DNA of 64,000 bases. Origin: Scenedesmus sp. PABB004 (Eukaryota). The position numbers and the translations under genes were made by a program. The stretch is taken from NCBI GenBank assembly GCA_014905635.1, contig JABVCE010000019.1, positions 186,001 to 250,000 on the forward strand. The letters are read 5' to 3'. The notes below the pieces were generated by a model. The model searched no databases, had not been told where the DNA came from, and worked only from the letters and a program-made list of their open reading frames with translations. Positions 39,126 through 50,366 of the stretch are shown here, piece by piece. Positions within the stretch are counted from its first letter, which is position 1. Every line of letters starts with the position of its first letter.

Positions 39126-40158
39126 TCAGCCCCGCGCCGCGTTACCGCCACCGCCGCCGCCGCCGCGCGCCGCCGAGACCGCCGCCGCCAGCAGGACGCG
39201 CGCCTCGGCCGCGAGCGGCGCCAGCAGCGTGCCGCCCGCGCCCCAGGCCGCGCCCGCGCTGGTGCCAACGTCCTCCGCCAGCGCGGCGAGCGCGCCGCAG
39301 CTCGAGAGCGCGGCGAGCGCGTGCGGCCGCCACCGCGCCACCAGCTCCGCCTGCCACGGCTGTGCGGCGCGCAGCACGGCGCGGCGCGGGCGCGGTGCGG
39401 CGCTGTCAGCGCGGCCGCGCCCCGACGCGTGTGCGCACGCGTGCGCACGCGCGGCGGCGGACCCACCTGCAGGCGCACGTGCGGCAGCAGCGCCGACGCC
39501 AGCGAGCAGCTCAGCTCCAGGTGCGTAACGACCGGCTCGCCTGGCAGGCGCAGCGCAGCGCGGCGGGCAGACTGCCTCGGGCGTGTGCGCGGCAACCCGG
39601 GGGGGGCGCGGCGGTGGCCTCGCTCGCACCCGCGTCGCTCTTGCCGAGGCGCAGCCTGACCGTGGTGTGCACGCGGCCCTCGCACGGCGCCGGCAGCAGG
39701 TCCGCCGCCGCCGCGCGCAGCCCCGCCGGCAGCGCCGCGGCGACCGGCGCGAGGGCTGCGGGCCGCGTGCGGCGGCGCGTAGGCGCGGGGCTCTCGGCGC
39801 AGACCGCCGCGCCGCGCGCGCCGCTTGCACGGCCGCGGCCGCGGGCCGCGCGCGCGCGCACGCGCGCCAGGTGGCTGGGCACGTGCTGGTAGCCCGTGGC
39901 AAGCGCGGCGTCGCCGCCCGAGCTCAGGAGCACATCGTCGAGCGCGAGCGCGACGCCTGGCAGCAGCGCGCGCCACACAGCGAGCGCGGCCTCCAGCTCG
40001 GCCGCGCTGTGGGCCTCGCCCAGCGGGTGTACCGCGTCCACGCGCGGGTGGAGCCGCAGCGCCGGCCGCGGCGACGCGCCGCTCGGCGGCGCGGGCGGCG
40101 GCTCGACGCCCCACAGTGCGGACAGGCAGTCGCGCACGCCCTGCTCGCTCACGGCCAT
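39126..40158 (-). CDS. Uncharacterised protein, possible NTF2/SnoaL-like fold
   Basis: MAVSEQGVRDCLSALWG...LHPRVDAVHPLGEAHSAAELEAALAVWRALLPGVALALDDV..., then strand-like segments (GRVHTTVRLRL, VVTHLEL). Coding-like sequence with GT..AG introns. The fold call is inference. Confidence 0.55.
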
Positions 40159-40281
40159 GGTGGCTACTGTGGCGGGCATCGGCGGGCGCGCCAGCTCTCG
40201 TGCGTCGCGACGACGCCGTCACACGCCGCAGCGCCTGCCACAGCCCCCAGCCCGCCCGCCCCACACAAGCGCGCAGCAGCC

Positions 40282-41643
40282 ATGGAGGCGCTCGCCGCGC
40301 TCGTGGCGGGGCCGCTCGAGGCGATCGCGGCCGCGGTCGCCGCGGAGCCGGCGTCGCCGGCCGCGACGCAGGGCAACCAGACCTTCACCGAGGACGTGCT
40401 GCGCGCCCTCGTGGCCGACCTGGCCTCGGGGGACGCCCGGTGCGGCGGCGGCGGCGGCGGCGCGGCGCCGCGCGCTGTGCGGCGCGCCGCCGAGCGCGTG
40501 CGCCCCTCACACGCACTGCGCCCCCGGCCGCCCGCACGCTCGCAGGCGCCAGGCGCAGGCCCTGTCGCAGCGCTACGCCCCGACGCCGCCTTCGACCTCA
40601 ACGACGGCGGCCTCGCGCTGCGCGGCGCCGAGGCCTTTGGCGCGCTCCTCCGCGGCGCGCAGCTGCTCGCCGACGCGCGGCCGGAGGTGCTCGCGGTCGA
40701 GAGCGCGGCCGACCGGTGCGCCGCCGCGAGCGCTGCGGCTGCTGCCGCCGCCGGGGCGTCGTCCCGGCCGCTCGGGCGCCGCCGACCGACCGTCTCGCTG
40801 TTCACGCTGCAGGGCCGTCATCGTGCTGCGGCTCAATCTCGCGTACCGCCTGCTCCCCCTGACCTTCCTGTCGCGCCTGCCCGCGCCGACGACGCTCACG
40901 CTGCGCTTCGGCCGGCCGGCCGCGCCCGGCGGCGCCGCGGGCGCGCTGCTGCCGGGCGGCGTCATCCCCGGCGTGCTGGGCGAGGATGTGGTCGTCGAGC
41001 ACCGCCAGGTGACGCCGCTCGCTGGCGCGGTGCTGTGGAACCCTGTCGGCGCGTGGGCCGACCGCCGGCTGTGGGCGCCCGTGAGCGGGCGCGCGCTCGC
41101 GGCGCTCGCGGCCGCGCTCGCGAGGTGCGCGCCGCGCGTGCGCAGTGGCGGCGCGGGCGCTGCACGCCGGCGCGCGCGCCGCGCGGGCGGCGTCGACGCG
41201 CGCGCGCGCGCCTGCTCTGCTCCGCCGCGCAGCTACGAGCGGCACCTGCGCGCCGGCCGCGGCACGTGGCAGGCGGCGCTGGCGGTGCTCGAGGAGCAGG
41301 CGCAGGTGGGGCGCCGGCGCCCGGGCCCGCGTGGGTGGCGTGTGGGGGGCACAGAGAAGGGCGCGCGCCGCTGATCCGAGCGCGCCCCACGCGCGCCGCG
41401 CAGGCGCTCGGCATCGGCCGGCTGCCGTCGGCGGCGGCCGGCCTGGCACGGCCGCCCTCGCACGCGCCGCAGGTGCCCGAGGCGCCTCCGGAGGCGTGGG
41501 CTGAGGCGCAGCCGGCAGGAGAGGTGGCAGCGGTGGAGGCAGTGGGCACGGCGGTGGGGGAGCGGGGGCGGCGCGCGGGGGGCGAGCGGCGCGCGGCGGG
41601 GCGCGCGGCAGCGGAGCGGGCGCCCGCGGGCGCGGGGCTTTAG
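40282..41643 (+). CDS. Uncharacterised protein, possible NTF2/SnoaL-like fold (one apparent 1-nt frameshift near 40578)
   Basis: TEDVLRALVADLASGDA/RRQAQALSQRYA(P)DAAFDLNDGGLALRGAEAFGALL...AVIVLRLNLAYRLLP...TTLTLRFG...VVVEHRQV. The 'Y.PDA.F......RG' pattern is SnoaL-like. Confidence 0.6.
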   Translation: MEALAALVAGPLEAIAAAVAAEPASPAATQGNQTFTEDVLRALVADLASGDARCGGGGGGAAPRAVRRAAERVRPSHALRPRPPARSQAPGAGPVAALRPDAAFDLNDGGLALRGAEAFGALLRGAQLLADARPEVLAVESAADRCAAASAAAAAAAGASSRPLGRRRPTVSLFTLQGRHRAAAQSRVPPAPPDLPVAPARADDAHAALRPAGRARRRRGRAAAGRRHPRRAGRGCGRRAPPGDAARWRGAVEPCRRVGRPPAVGARERARARGARGRAREVRAARAQWRRGRCTPARAPRGRRRRARARLLCSAAQLRAAPARRPRHVAGGAGGARGAGAGGAPAPGPAWVACGGHREGRAPLIRARPTRAAQALGIGRLPSAAAGLARPPSHAPQVPEAPPEAWAEAQPAGEVAAVEAVGTAVGERGRRAGGERRAAGRAAAERAPAGAGL

Positions 41644-41874
41644 GGCGGGGGCTCGGCTGGGGCCGGGCGCCCCTGATGGAGAGCCCCGTGGCGGACCTGC
41701 CACAGGCAACCGCCGCCGCACAGCCGCCACTGCGCAGCCGCCGCACGCTCCCACAGCCACTCGCCGCCGCCGCTGCCGCTGCTCCGCTCGCTGCCGCCGC
41801 TCTGATCGACGGCGCTGCGCCTCAGGTCGGGCACAGGCCGCACCCCGCCGACAACGCGCGCGATCCCACCCGCC

Positions 41875-44362
41875 ATGGCGGCCCCCGAGAGCACCGGCAT
41901 CGCCCTCGCGGATGAGCTGGGCGTGAAGGCCTCAGTGAGCAAGTACTACGGCGAGGTGCGGCCACCGTGTGACTCCCGCACCGGCGGACGGCAGCCGGGA
42001 GCGAGCGGCGCGACGCGGCGCGCGCCAGGCGCCGGGCGCGCGCGGAGCAGCGGCGGCGGCCGGCGCTGCTGCCGGCGCGCCAGGCGCCGGGCGCCGCGCG
42101 GTCGCGGCCGCGCCGTGGCATGACGCTGCTGCCTCCCTCCCTCCCGCGGGACCGCGCGCAGACGCTGCAGTCGTCGTCCGACCTCAAGACGTCGGCCTGC
42201 TGCACCGCAAAGGCGCCGCCGCCGGCCGTGCGCGCGCTGCTGGCGCAGCTGCCGGCGGAGATCGTGTCGCGCTACTACGGCTGCGGCTCACCCTTCCCCG
42301 CGGGCCTGCAGGGCAGCGGCGCGCGCGTGCTCGACCTCGGCTGCGGCACGGGGCGCGACGCGTACGTCTGCGCGGCGCTCGTGGGCGCGTCGGGCTTCGT
42401 CACGGGTGCGGCGGCGCCGGCGCCGCCGCGACGGCGGCGGCGGCCACGCGCCCGCTCCCCGCGCTCCCACCGCGCGGCCGTCCTGCAAGGCGCCAACGCC
42501 GCCGACGTCGCGTCCGCCGCGTCGGCCGCCCTGTCCGCGGCCGGGCAGGCATCGACATGACGCCTGCGCAGCTCGAGGTCGCGCAGCGCCACGCCGCCGC
42601 GTGGACGGCGCACCTCGGCTACGCCCAGCCCAACATGCGCTTCGTGCAGGCGCGCGCGCGCGCGCGCGCCGCGCGCCGCCGCCGACGACACCCGCGCCTG
42701 CCCACACCTCAACACCCCGCCGCCCCAACACCCCGCGCCGCGCCGCGCCGCGCCGCGCCGCACCACACAGGGCGCGATCGAGTCGGTCGCGTCCGCGGGC
42801 GTGGCGCCGGGCAGCGTCGACGTCATCATTTCAAACTGCGTCATCAACCTCTCGGCCGACAAGGCCGCGGTGCTGCGCGGCGCGCACGCCGCGCTCGCGC
42901 CCGGCGGCGAGGTGTTCTTCTCGGGTGCGGCGGCGGCGGCGGCGCGGCGGCGGCGGCGGCGGCAGCGGGTGGTGGGGCCGTGGGTGCCTGGCGGGCCGCG
43001 GCCGCCGCCGCCGACGACGCTCGCGCCGCGGCCGCCGCTGCCGCGCGCCATCAGACGTGTACTGCAATCGCCGCCTGCCGGCCGCGGCGCGGAGCCACGA
43101 GGTCGCGCTCGGGGAGTGCCTCGGCGGCGCGCTGGCGGTCAACGACTTTGTGCGCCTCGCGCGCGAGGTGCGGCGGGCGGGCGGGGCTGTGGCGCGCGCG
43201 CGCGCGCGTGTCGGGTGTGTGTATGTGGGGTGGCGCGGGCCGAGGGCCCTGCTGCGGGGGCTCGAGGCCCGACGACGTGAGGCCGAGTGGGGGCCACACA
43301 CCCGCCGTCGCCGCGGCCGGCGCAGGTGGGCTTTGCCGACCCGCGCGTGCTCGAGGCGGCGCCGATCGCGGTGCACGACGCGGGCCTGCGGTCGCTGCTC
43401 GGCGACGCCGCGTTTTACAGCGTGACGTTCAGGCGAGCCAGGAGGGCTTAGGGGGCAGGGCTCAAGCGGCAGGGGCGCGGGGCGCGTGCACACGCGCACG
43501 CATGGCAGTGAGCACGCGGCGGCGCCCGCGCGCGCACACGCGCGCGCGCCCCATGGCACGCCCACGAACGCGCACGGCCCGCGCGCCGCAGGCTGTTCAA
43601 GCTGCCCGACGGCGCGCTCGAGGCGCCGCCGGCGGAGGACTACGGCCAGGCGGTGACCTACCGGGGGTCCATCCCCGGCGCGGCAGACTCCTACGTGCTT
43701 GACGCGGAGCACACCTTCCCTGCGGGTGCGGCGCGAGGGCTGCGGCCGCGCCGCGGTTGTGGACGCGGGGTTGCGGGCGTGCGGCCGCGGGCGCGCCGCG
43801 GGGCGCCCACGCGCGCCGCCGCGCCCGCCCGCGCGCCGCAGGCAAGGCGGTGCGCGTGTCGGGCAACACCGCCGCGATCTGCACGGGCAGCTGGCTGTCG
43901 CGCCACTTCGATGTCTCGCCGCGCGGCTCGCACGCGGGGCAGTTCCCCGAGTGGCCGACCGGCGGCGTGACGGCGGCGTCGGTCGAGGCGCTCGCGGCGA
44001 CCAGCAGCGCCGGCGTCAACGCGTGCTGCCCGCCCGAGCCCGCCGAGGCGCCGGCGGCGGCGCCCGCGGCGGGCGGCGGCTGCTGCCCGCCCAAGCCAGC
44101 GCCCGCGGCGGGCGGCGGCTGCTGCGCGCCCAATGCGGCGCCCGCGGCGGGCGGCGGCTGCTGCGCGCCCAAGGCGGCGCCCGCGGCGGGCGGCGGCTGC
44201 TGCGCGCCCAAGGCGGCGCCCGCGGCGGGCGGCGGCTGCTGCGCGCCCAAGGCGGCGCCCGCGGCGGGCGGCGGCTGCTACGCGCCCGCGGCGGCGCCAG
44301 CCGTGCCGGAGCCCTCGGCCGGCGGCGGCGGCTGCGGCGGTGGCGGGCGCAAGTGCTGCTGA
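41875..44362 (+). CDS. AS3MT: Arsenite S-adenosylmethionine methyltransferase (ArsM/AS3MT) with a Cys-Cys repeat tail
   Basis: VSKYYGE/TLQSSSDLKTSACC, RYYGCGSP, VLDLGCGTGRD, GIDMT, DVIISNCVINLS, DVYCNRR, LGECLGGAL, EDYGQAVTYRGSI. All four conserved Cys positions are present. Confidence 0.93.
44060..44290 (+). repeat. 39-nt coding tandem repeat, about 6 units, encoding APAAGGGCCAPKA
   Basis: Units start at 44060, 44099, 44138, 44177, 44216 and 44255; consensus gcgcccgcggcgggcggcggctgctgcgcgcccaaggcg. Confidence 0.95.
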
Positions 44363-44710
44363 GAGATGTGGTGACTCGGGTTGCTTTGCGGCGGCGGTGC
44401 TCGCTCGGCGATCGTTGAGCTCCCGGGACCCGAGCGGTCGAGCAGCGGCGGCGCAAGTGACGCCGCCGATGCCCGCCCGCCGGCGTCGCGTTCGGCCTCC
44501 GACAACGCCAGCCGTCGCTCCAGCCGGTTGGCAGGCGACGATCGCGTGCGCCCGGGCAGGCCCGCCCGCCCGCACCGGCAGCTCTCCTCAGCGATCCGTC
44601 TCCGCTCTCGCGAGCGCGTTCTCGAGACAGGCAGACGTGCAGCGTCTGCTCATGGCGAGCCGACAATCGCCGCGCGCGAAGTAGCGCCCGCCCGCGGGCA
44701 GGCTCCAGAG

Positions 44711-45183
44711 ATGCTCTCGTGGCGCGCAGGCGCGCAGGCGCGCGGCTGCGCGCTGCTCCTGCTGCTGGTGGGGTCCGTGAAAGGTACTAAAGCGGCCTGG
44801 AATGGGTACTGCGCGCCGCGGGCGGGCAGGGCAGCAGCGGCCGCTGCACCAGCGCCGCGCCGCCGCGCGAGCTCAGCCGCGGCACCGCCAGCGCGTGCGC
44901 CGCGGCGAAGTGGCTCACGCGTGCTGACCTTCAGCTCCTGCCGCGCCCGCAGGCGCCGCGGCTGCGGGCCCGCAACGCGGCCTCGCGCAGGCGCCGCCGC
45001 CGCCGCTGCCGCGGCCGGTGCTGGGTCTCATCGTGCTGGCGACCGGCCCGTGCGAGGCTGCTGTGTTCGAAGTGCTGCTGGACTCCGTGCGCGTGGAACT
45101 GTCCGCGCGGCTGGGCGCGGCCGAGCGCCCGCGCCTGCTAGTCGCGGCGGGGCGCTGCGCCCAGGTGCGCTGCCGCCGCCGCG

Positions 45184-45233
<50 letters not shown>

Positions 45234-46768
45234 GCGAGCGCGACCGCAGCGCCGCGCGCCGAGCGCCGAGCGCGCGCGCCCGCCGCCGCGCCGCCTGCAG
45301 GAGACGACGCGGGACCGGACGTCGGCCGAGTACGGCATCACCGCGCTGCCGGTGCACGGCACGTCGGACCGCGCGCAGCTGCTGCGCTTTGCAGACGTGT
45401 TTGCCAAGCTCGCGCGAGACATCAACGACCACTCCCTCGCCGCGGCGTCGCCAAACGCGCTCGCCGCGCTCGCGGCGGCGACCGGCGGCCGCGTGCTCGT
45501 CACCGGAGCGGGTGAGCCCCGGGGCCGGCCGGGCCGGCGGGGCGGCCAGGGCAGGGTGGGGCTGCCCGCCGCGGCGCGGCGCCGCCGCGGCCGCCCGCCG
45601 CGCTGCGCTGACTGAGCGCCGCGCGCCGCGCTGCCCGCCGCGCCCCGGCAGCCGCCAACGCGGTCGACACGAACAACCCGGAGCGAGCGATTCCGGTGCG
45701 CTCAGGCCTTCGCCGCGACGCAGCGAGCCCCCCGCCCAGCCCCCAGCCGCCGACCAGCCCCAGCCCCAGCCCCAGCGCCAGCCCCTCGCCCGCGCCTTCA
45801 GCGGCGGCGGCGGCGGCGGCGCGCCCGAATGCCAGCCTGCGCGTGACGACGCGCGGCGCCTGCGGCCCGGCCGCGGCGGCGGGCGACGTCGCGGGCGCGC
45901 TGCGCGCGCAGCTCGCGGACCGTCTGCCGGCGAGCAGCAGGGCGCAGCTCGTGGTGTCGGCGGGCGCGTGCGAGCCGGCGCAGCCGGCCGGTGGCGCGCG
46001 CGCGGGCGCGGCGCGGCGCCTGCTGCAGCAGCAGGCGGGCGCGGGCGCGGAGGACAAGGACGCAGACGCGAGCTACTCAGACGACGATTACGACGATCCT
46101 GCAGCGCCCAAGGGCGCCAACGCGACCGTGCCTGCCGGCGCGGCGGCGGCCGCTAACGGCACCGGCGGCGGCGGCAATGCCACGGCCGCGCCTGCCGGCG
46201 CGGCGGCCGCCGCCAACGGCACCGGCGGCGGCGGCAATGTCATGGTCGCGCCTGCTGGCGCGCCGGCGGCCGCCAACGGCAGTGGCAGCGCCGGCAATGC
46301 CACCGCCGTGCCTGCCGGCGCGGCGGCTGCCGCCAACGGCACCGCTCCTGCGACTGCCGCCAGCCCCGCGGCGCTTCCCTTCAATGCCAGCGCCGGCGCC
46401 GCCGGCGCGCTGCCCGCCGCGGCGCCCGGCCCGGCGCCGGCTGCCTGCGTGTGCGCGTTTGCGATCACAACCAACGCCACGGCAGCGGCGGAGCTGCAGC
46501 TGCTCGGTCGTGCCATCGACGAGCTCGTCGCTGCCATCAACGCGCGTGGCCTCGCGGCGGCGGCGCCGGCCGCGGCCGCGGCGGCGGCGGGGGCCCAGCC
46601 GCGGTCGTCAGCGCAGGTGCGCGCAGGCCGGGGAGTGGCGCCCGGCGCAGGCCGCGCGCCTGGCTGCCCCTGACCCTGCCGCCGCGCCCGCGGCGCCCGC
46701 GCAGTGGCCACGATGCAGAGCGAGCCGGCCGGACCGGCGCGTGCGGCCGCGGCGGCGGCGGTGCCAGC

Positions 46769-46805
<37 letters not shown>

Positions 46806-48112
46806 GCGCCGGCGCCGGCGCCGGCTGGCGCGGCCGCGGGGGCCCGTCCCCGGCACCCTCGCCCTCGCCGCCGGCGGGCGCCGCGAGCCCGTCCCCGGCG
46901 CCGTCCCCGGCGCCGGGCAGCAAGGCCGGCGGCGCCGGCTCGGACTATGACTACGACACAGAGGGCGTCTTTGGCGCGACGCGGTCCGCCAACTGCTCGC
47001 GCGGCTGCGCGCTGTGCACCGACGCCGCCGCCGCCAAGTGCCTGAGGTGTGCGGGGGGGGGGGGGGGGGCGGCGGCCAGGCGGGGGGAGGGGGTCCCGAG
47101 CCCGGCGTCCGGCCGCGCGACAGCGGCCGCCGCCGCCGTGCCGCCCGCAGGTGCGCCGCGCCGGCGCACGTGCTGCTGCCGGGCGGCGCATGCGGCTGTG
47201 CGCCCGGGCGCGGCGGCGCCGCGTGCGCGCTGTGCGCGGCCACCGCGTGGTCTCCGGGTGGCTCGCCCGATGCCCCGTTTGCCAACTGCAGCGCCTGCAC
47301 GGAGGGCTTCACGGCGGGGCGTGCCGGCTCCGCCAGCCCGGCGGCGTGCGCAGGTGCGGGGCGCGCCGGGGTGGCGCCGCGCGCGGGCTGGCCCGGCGCA
47401 CGTCACTGAGCTGCTGGGTGGCCGCCGCCCCGCCCTCCCCTTGCTGCCAACAGTGTGCGTGGCTGGCTACACGTGCAAGGAGTGCGTGCCGGTGCCAGTG
47501 CCCAGAGCTGCGGCCGCGGCGACGCCCACGCGACGGTCGCCGTCGCCGTCGCCGTCGCCGGCGCCGGCGACCGGGCGGCGGCTGCGCCAGGCCGCTGCGG
47601 GCGGCGACGGCGCGCCCGCGTGCCGGGCCTTTGCCAGGGCCGAGCCCGGACGCAACGAGACGTGCGAGGGCCTCGCGGCGCGGCACAGCCTCAGCCTGGC
47701 GCAGCTGCTGGCCCTGAACCCCAAGCTCAACTGCGCGACTGTCGGGGCCCGCGCGGCGACGTGTGCGTCAGCGCCGCCTGCCCGCCGGGGTGAGCGCCGC
47801 GAGCCCGCGCGGCGCCGGCGGCGCCCGCCGCCCGCCCGCCGGCTGGCGCCCCGAGGATCCGCGCCTGACGCCCGCGCCTCGCTGCTGCCGCGCCGCAGCT
47901 TCGGCGGCCCCGCGGCGCCGCGGTGCACGGTCTGCCCGCCGTCAACGTTTGCGGCCGGCACGTACGACCCGGCGCGGCCGCTCGGGGCGTCGTGCTCGCC
48001 CTGTCCCACTGGACGCAGCACGGCCCGCGCTGGCGCCGCGAGCGCGCGCGAGTGCAGCGTCTGCGCGGACGGCTTCTATTGCACCACCTGCGGGCCGGAC
48101 AAGGTCCGCTGA
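44711..48112 (+). CDS. Secreted/cell-wall glycoprotein with (SP)n tracts, Cys-rich repeats and a LysM domain (two apparent 1-nt frameshifts)
   Basis: Signal-like ALLLLLVGSVKG; SPSPSPSP tracts; CSRGCALCTD, CPPSTFAAG, CSPCPTG; LysM ETCEGLAARHSLSLAQLLALNPKLNC...VCV. Start and some exon edges are uncertain. Confidence 0.7.
46130..46345 (+). repeat. 60-nt coding tandem repeat (about 3.5 units) encoding [20 protein letters not shown]
   Basis: Recurring gcctgccggcgcggcggc..gccaacggcaccggcggcggcggcaatg at about 60-nt spacing. Confidence 0.85.
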
Positions 48113-48589
48113 TGGCGAGGTGGCGAGGTGGCGAGCTCAGCGCGTCTGGGCGGCGGCCGCAGCGGTCGCGGCGGCGGTCGGCAACAGCGCGAGCAGCTCA
48201 CGCCGCCGGCCCCGGCGCCCCCGGGATCCCGCTGCCGCTCCGGCTCGCTGTGTGCGCGCGCATTGGCACGAAAAGCAGACTTCACACCGACACACAGCGC
48301 GCGCCGTCGGAAGAGCGCGTCGGAATGAACCCGAGCGGCTCCGAGCTGGCGCGCTCCCGCCCCGCCTCAAGACTGCCCGGACGCCGCCGCCCAGCTCCAC
48401 ACGCCTCCCCCTCCCTTCACGCCCTCCCCTCCACGCCTCCCCGCCATCCCCGCGGCCCCCTCCGGAGCCACACGCTTCTCCCGCCATCCCTCCACGTCGC
48501 CTCCGCCACCTGACCTCCCCGCGCGTCCACACCCTCCACAACACTCCACACACACCCCTCCTACGCCGTCGCAAGCCTTTCGCGGCGCC

Positions 48590-50317
48590 ATGGCCCCCAC
48601 CGCCGCCGACGCCGCGCGCCCCGGCCAGCTGCCCGCCGCGGGCCGCCTCGCGGCCGGCGGCTTCGCGCTGTCGCCCAAGGAGGTTCACCCGTGGCACAAG
48701 TGCGGGCGCTGCGGATGTGGACGCCGCGGCAGCGCGCGGCGCGTGCCGGCGCTGACGCTGCTGCTCCCTCCGCCGCAGGCCGGCCGTGCCGTCGCGCGAG
48801 GCCATGCTGGCGTCGCCCACCTACCCCGTGGTGGTCACTCCCAACCCCATGGTCAAGACGCAGGTGCGCCGGGGCCGGGGCGCCCACGGTCGCGCGCGGC
48901 GCGGGGCGCGGCCTGCCACCAACCCCGCCGCCGCCGCCGTCGGCAGGTCATCAACGGCAGCACCGACCCGGCGCACGCGGTGCCCATCAACGGCGGCCCC
49001 GTGACCATCAGCTCGGGCTTTTTCGAGGGCGTGATGGAGATCCACCTGCGCGGCCTGCCCAACACGCAGCGCCACGTGTTTGAGGGCAAGAAGCGCTTCT
49101 TCCAGATCATGTGCCAGGTGCGCGCCCGGCGGCGGGCAGGCGGGCGCGACGGCCAAGCTCGCACGCCGCCTGGACCTTTCCGTGCTGACGCCGCCCCGGC
49201 CGCCGCTACCGCCTTGGCCGCCGCCGCCTCGGCCACCGCCGCGCAGGGCCGCTTCAAGCGCCCCGTCTCGGCCTCCAACTTCTGCATGGGCCAGGAGTTT
49301 GTCAAGCCCGGCGCGCTGCCCAAGTGGGGCGTCGAGATGCTTTTCAACACCGCGGCCAAGGTCTTTTCCAACTCCACCCAGGTCGACGCGTACGCCGGTG
49401 CGTGCTGCTGCCGCCGCCGCCGCCGCCGCCCTGGCTGCTACTGTCAACCTCTGTTTAGCGTGTGCACGGTCGGCTCAACGTCACCGCCGCCGCCGCCGCC
49501 GCCCCGGCAGAGCTGCCCTACTTCATGAACCCGCTGCTTGCCTCGTGCCAGCTGGTCAACGTGGCGCGGCCGGGCGAGGAGCCGGCGCTCGCGGAGGCGA
49601 CCGAGGACATGCGGCTGTTCAGCCCCGCGCTCGCGGACAAGCACGGTGCGGCGGCGGCGCGCAGCGACGCCGGGCCGCGCCGCCGCTTCCCCGCGCACGC
49701 GCCTGCCGTGGGCCCCTGCTGACCGCCCCCTCTGCCCCCTCTGCCCCCCACCGCCCCCCCCCCCCCCCCCCGCCGCGTCGGCGCGCAGGCAAGCCCCTGA
49801 GCAGCGACAAGCGCCGCAAGTGGTGCGACGCGCCGGCGCACCTCGAGGGCGCGGAGCTCGGCACTGAGCACGTGTACACCTTTCACATCTGGCAGCACCT
49901 CATCGACTTTTCGAGCTACAAGTTCAGCGTCGGCGGTCTGCTCAACGTGGACATGACGGCCGCGCTCAACTGCCAGCCGCTGCAGCTCACCGTGCACGAC
50001 ACCAAGGCGCGCCGCGCCGCGCGCATGGCCGGCGGGCGCGGCGGCGGCGCGCGCGCCCAGCTCGCCGCTCGCCACGCGGGTGCGCGCGCGCCCCCGCGGC
50101 TGACCTGCCTGCCTCCCCCCGCGCGCCCGCCGCGCCGGCGCCGCGGCCACAGGCCAAGGAGTATATGTTCAGCATGCTCGTGTGGCACGAGCGCCTGCTC
50201 TATTCTGACGCCGACGCCGCCGACGGCGCCGCGGCGGCGGGCCAGCTCAGCGAGCGGCTCGGCAAGCTCGGCAGCGGCCTCATGGGCGCGCTGTGGGGCG
50301 GGCGCAAGGCGGCGTGA
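48590..50317 (+). CDS. DUF1769-family protein, copy 1
   Basis: VPINGGPVTISSGFFEGVMEIHLRGLP...FEGKKRFFQIMCQ/GRFKRPV, PYFMNPLLASCQ, EDMRLF, KRRKWC, VYTFHIWQHLIDF. Confidence 0.75.
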
Positions 50318-50335
50318 GCGCCGCGCGGCGGCGGC

Positions 50336-50366
<31 letters not shown>

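Noticed and set aside
44060..44290. 39-nt repeat as a CRISPR array
   Set aside because: No unique spacers, the repeat is in-frame coding sequence, the context is eukaryotic and there are no cas genes.
44350..44430. Possible selenocysteine at the ArsM end (KCC-TGA-EMW-TGA)
   Set aside because: I see no SECIS-like stem with an unpaired AA loop downstream, and a terminal CC is normal for ArsM tails. A SECIS search would settle it.
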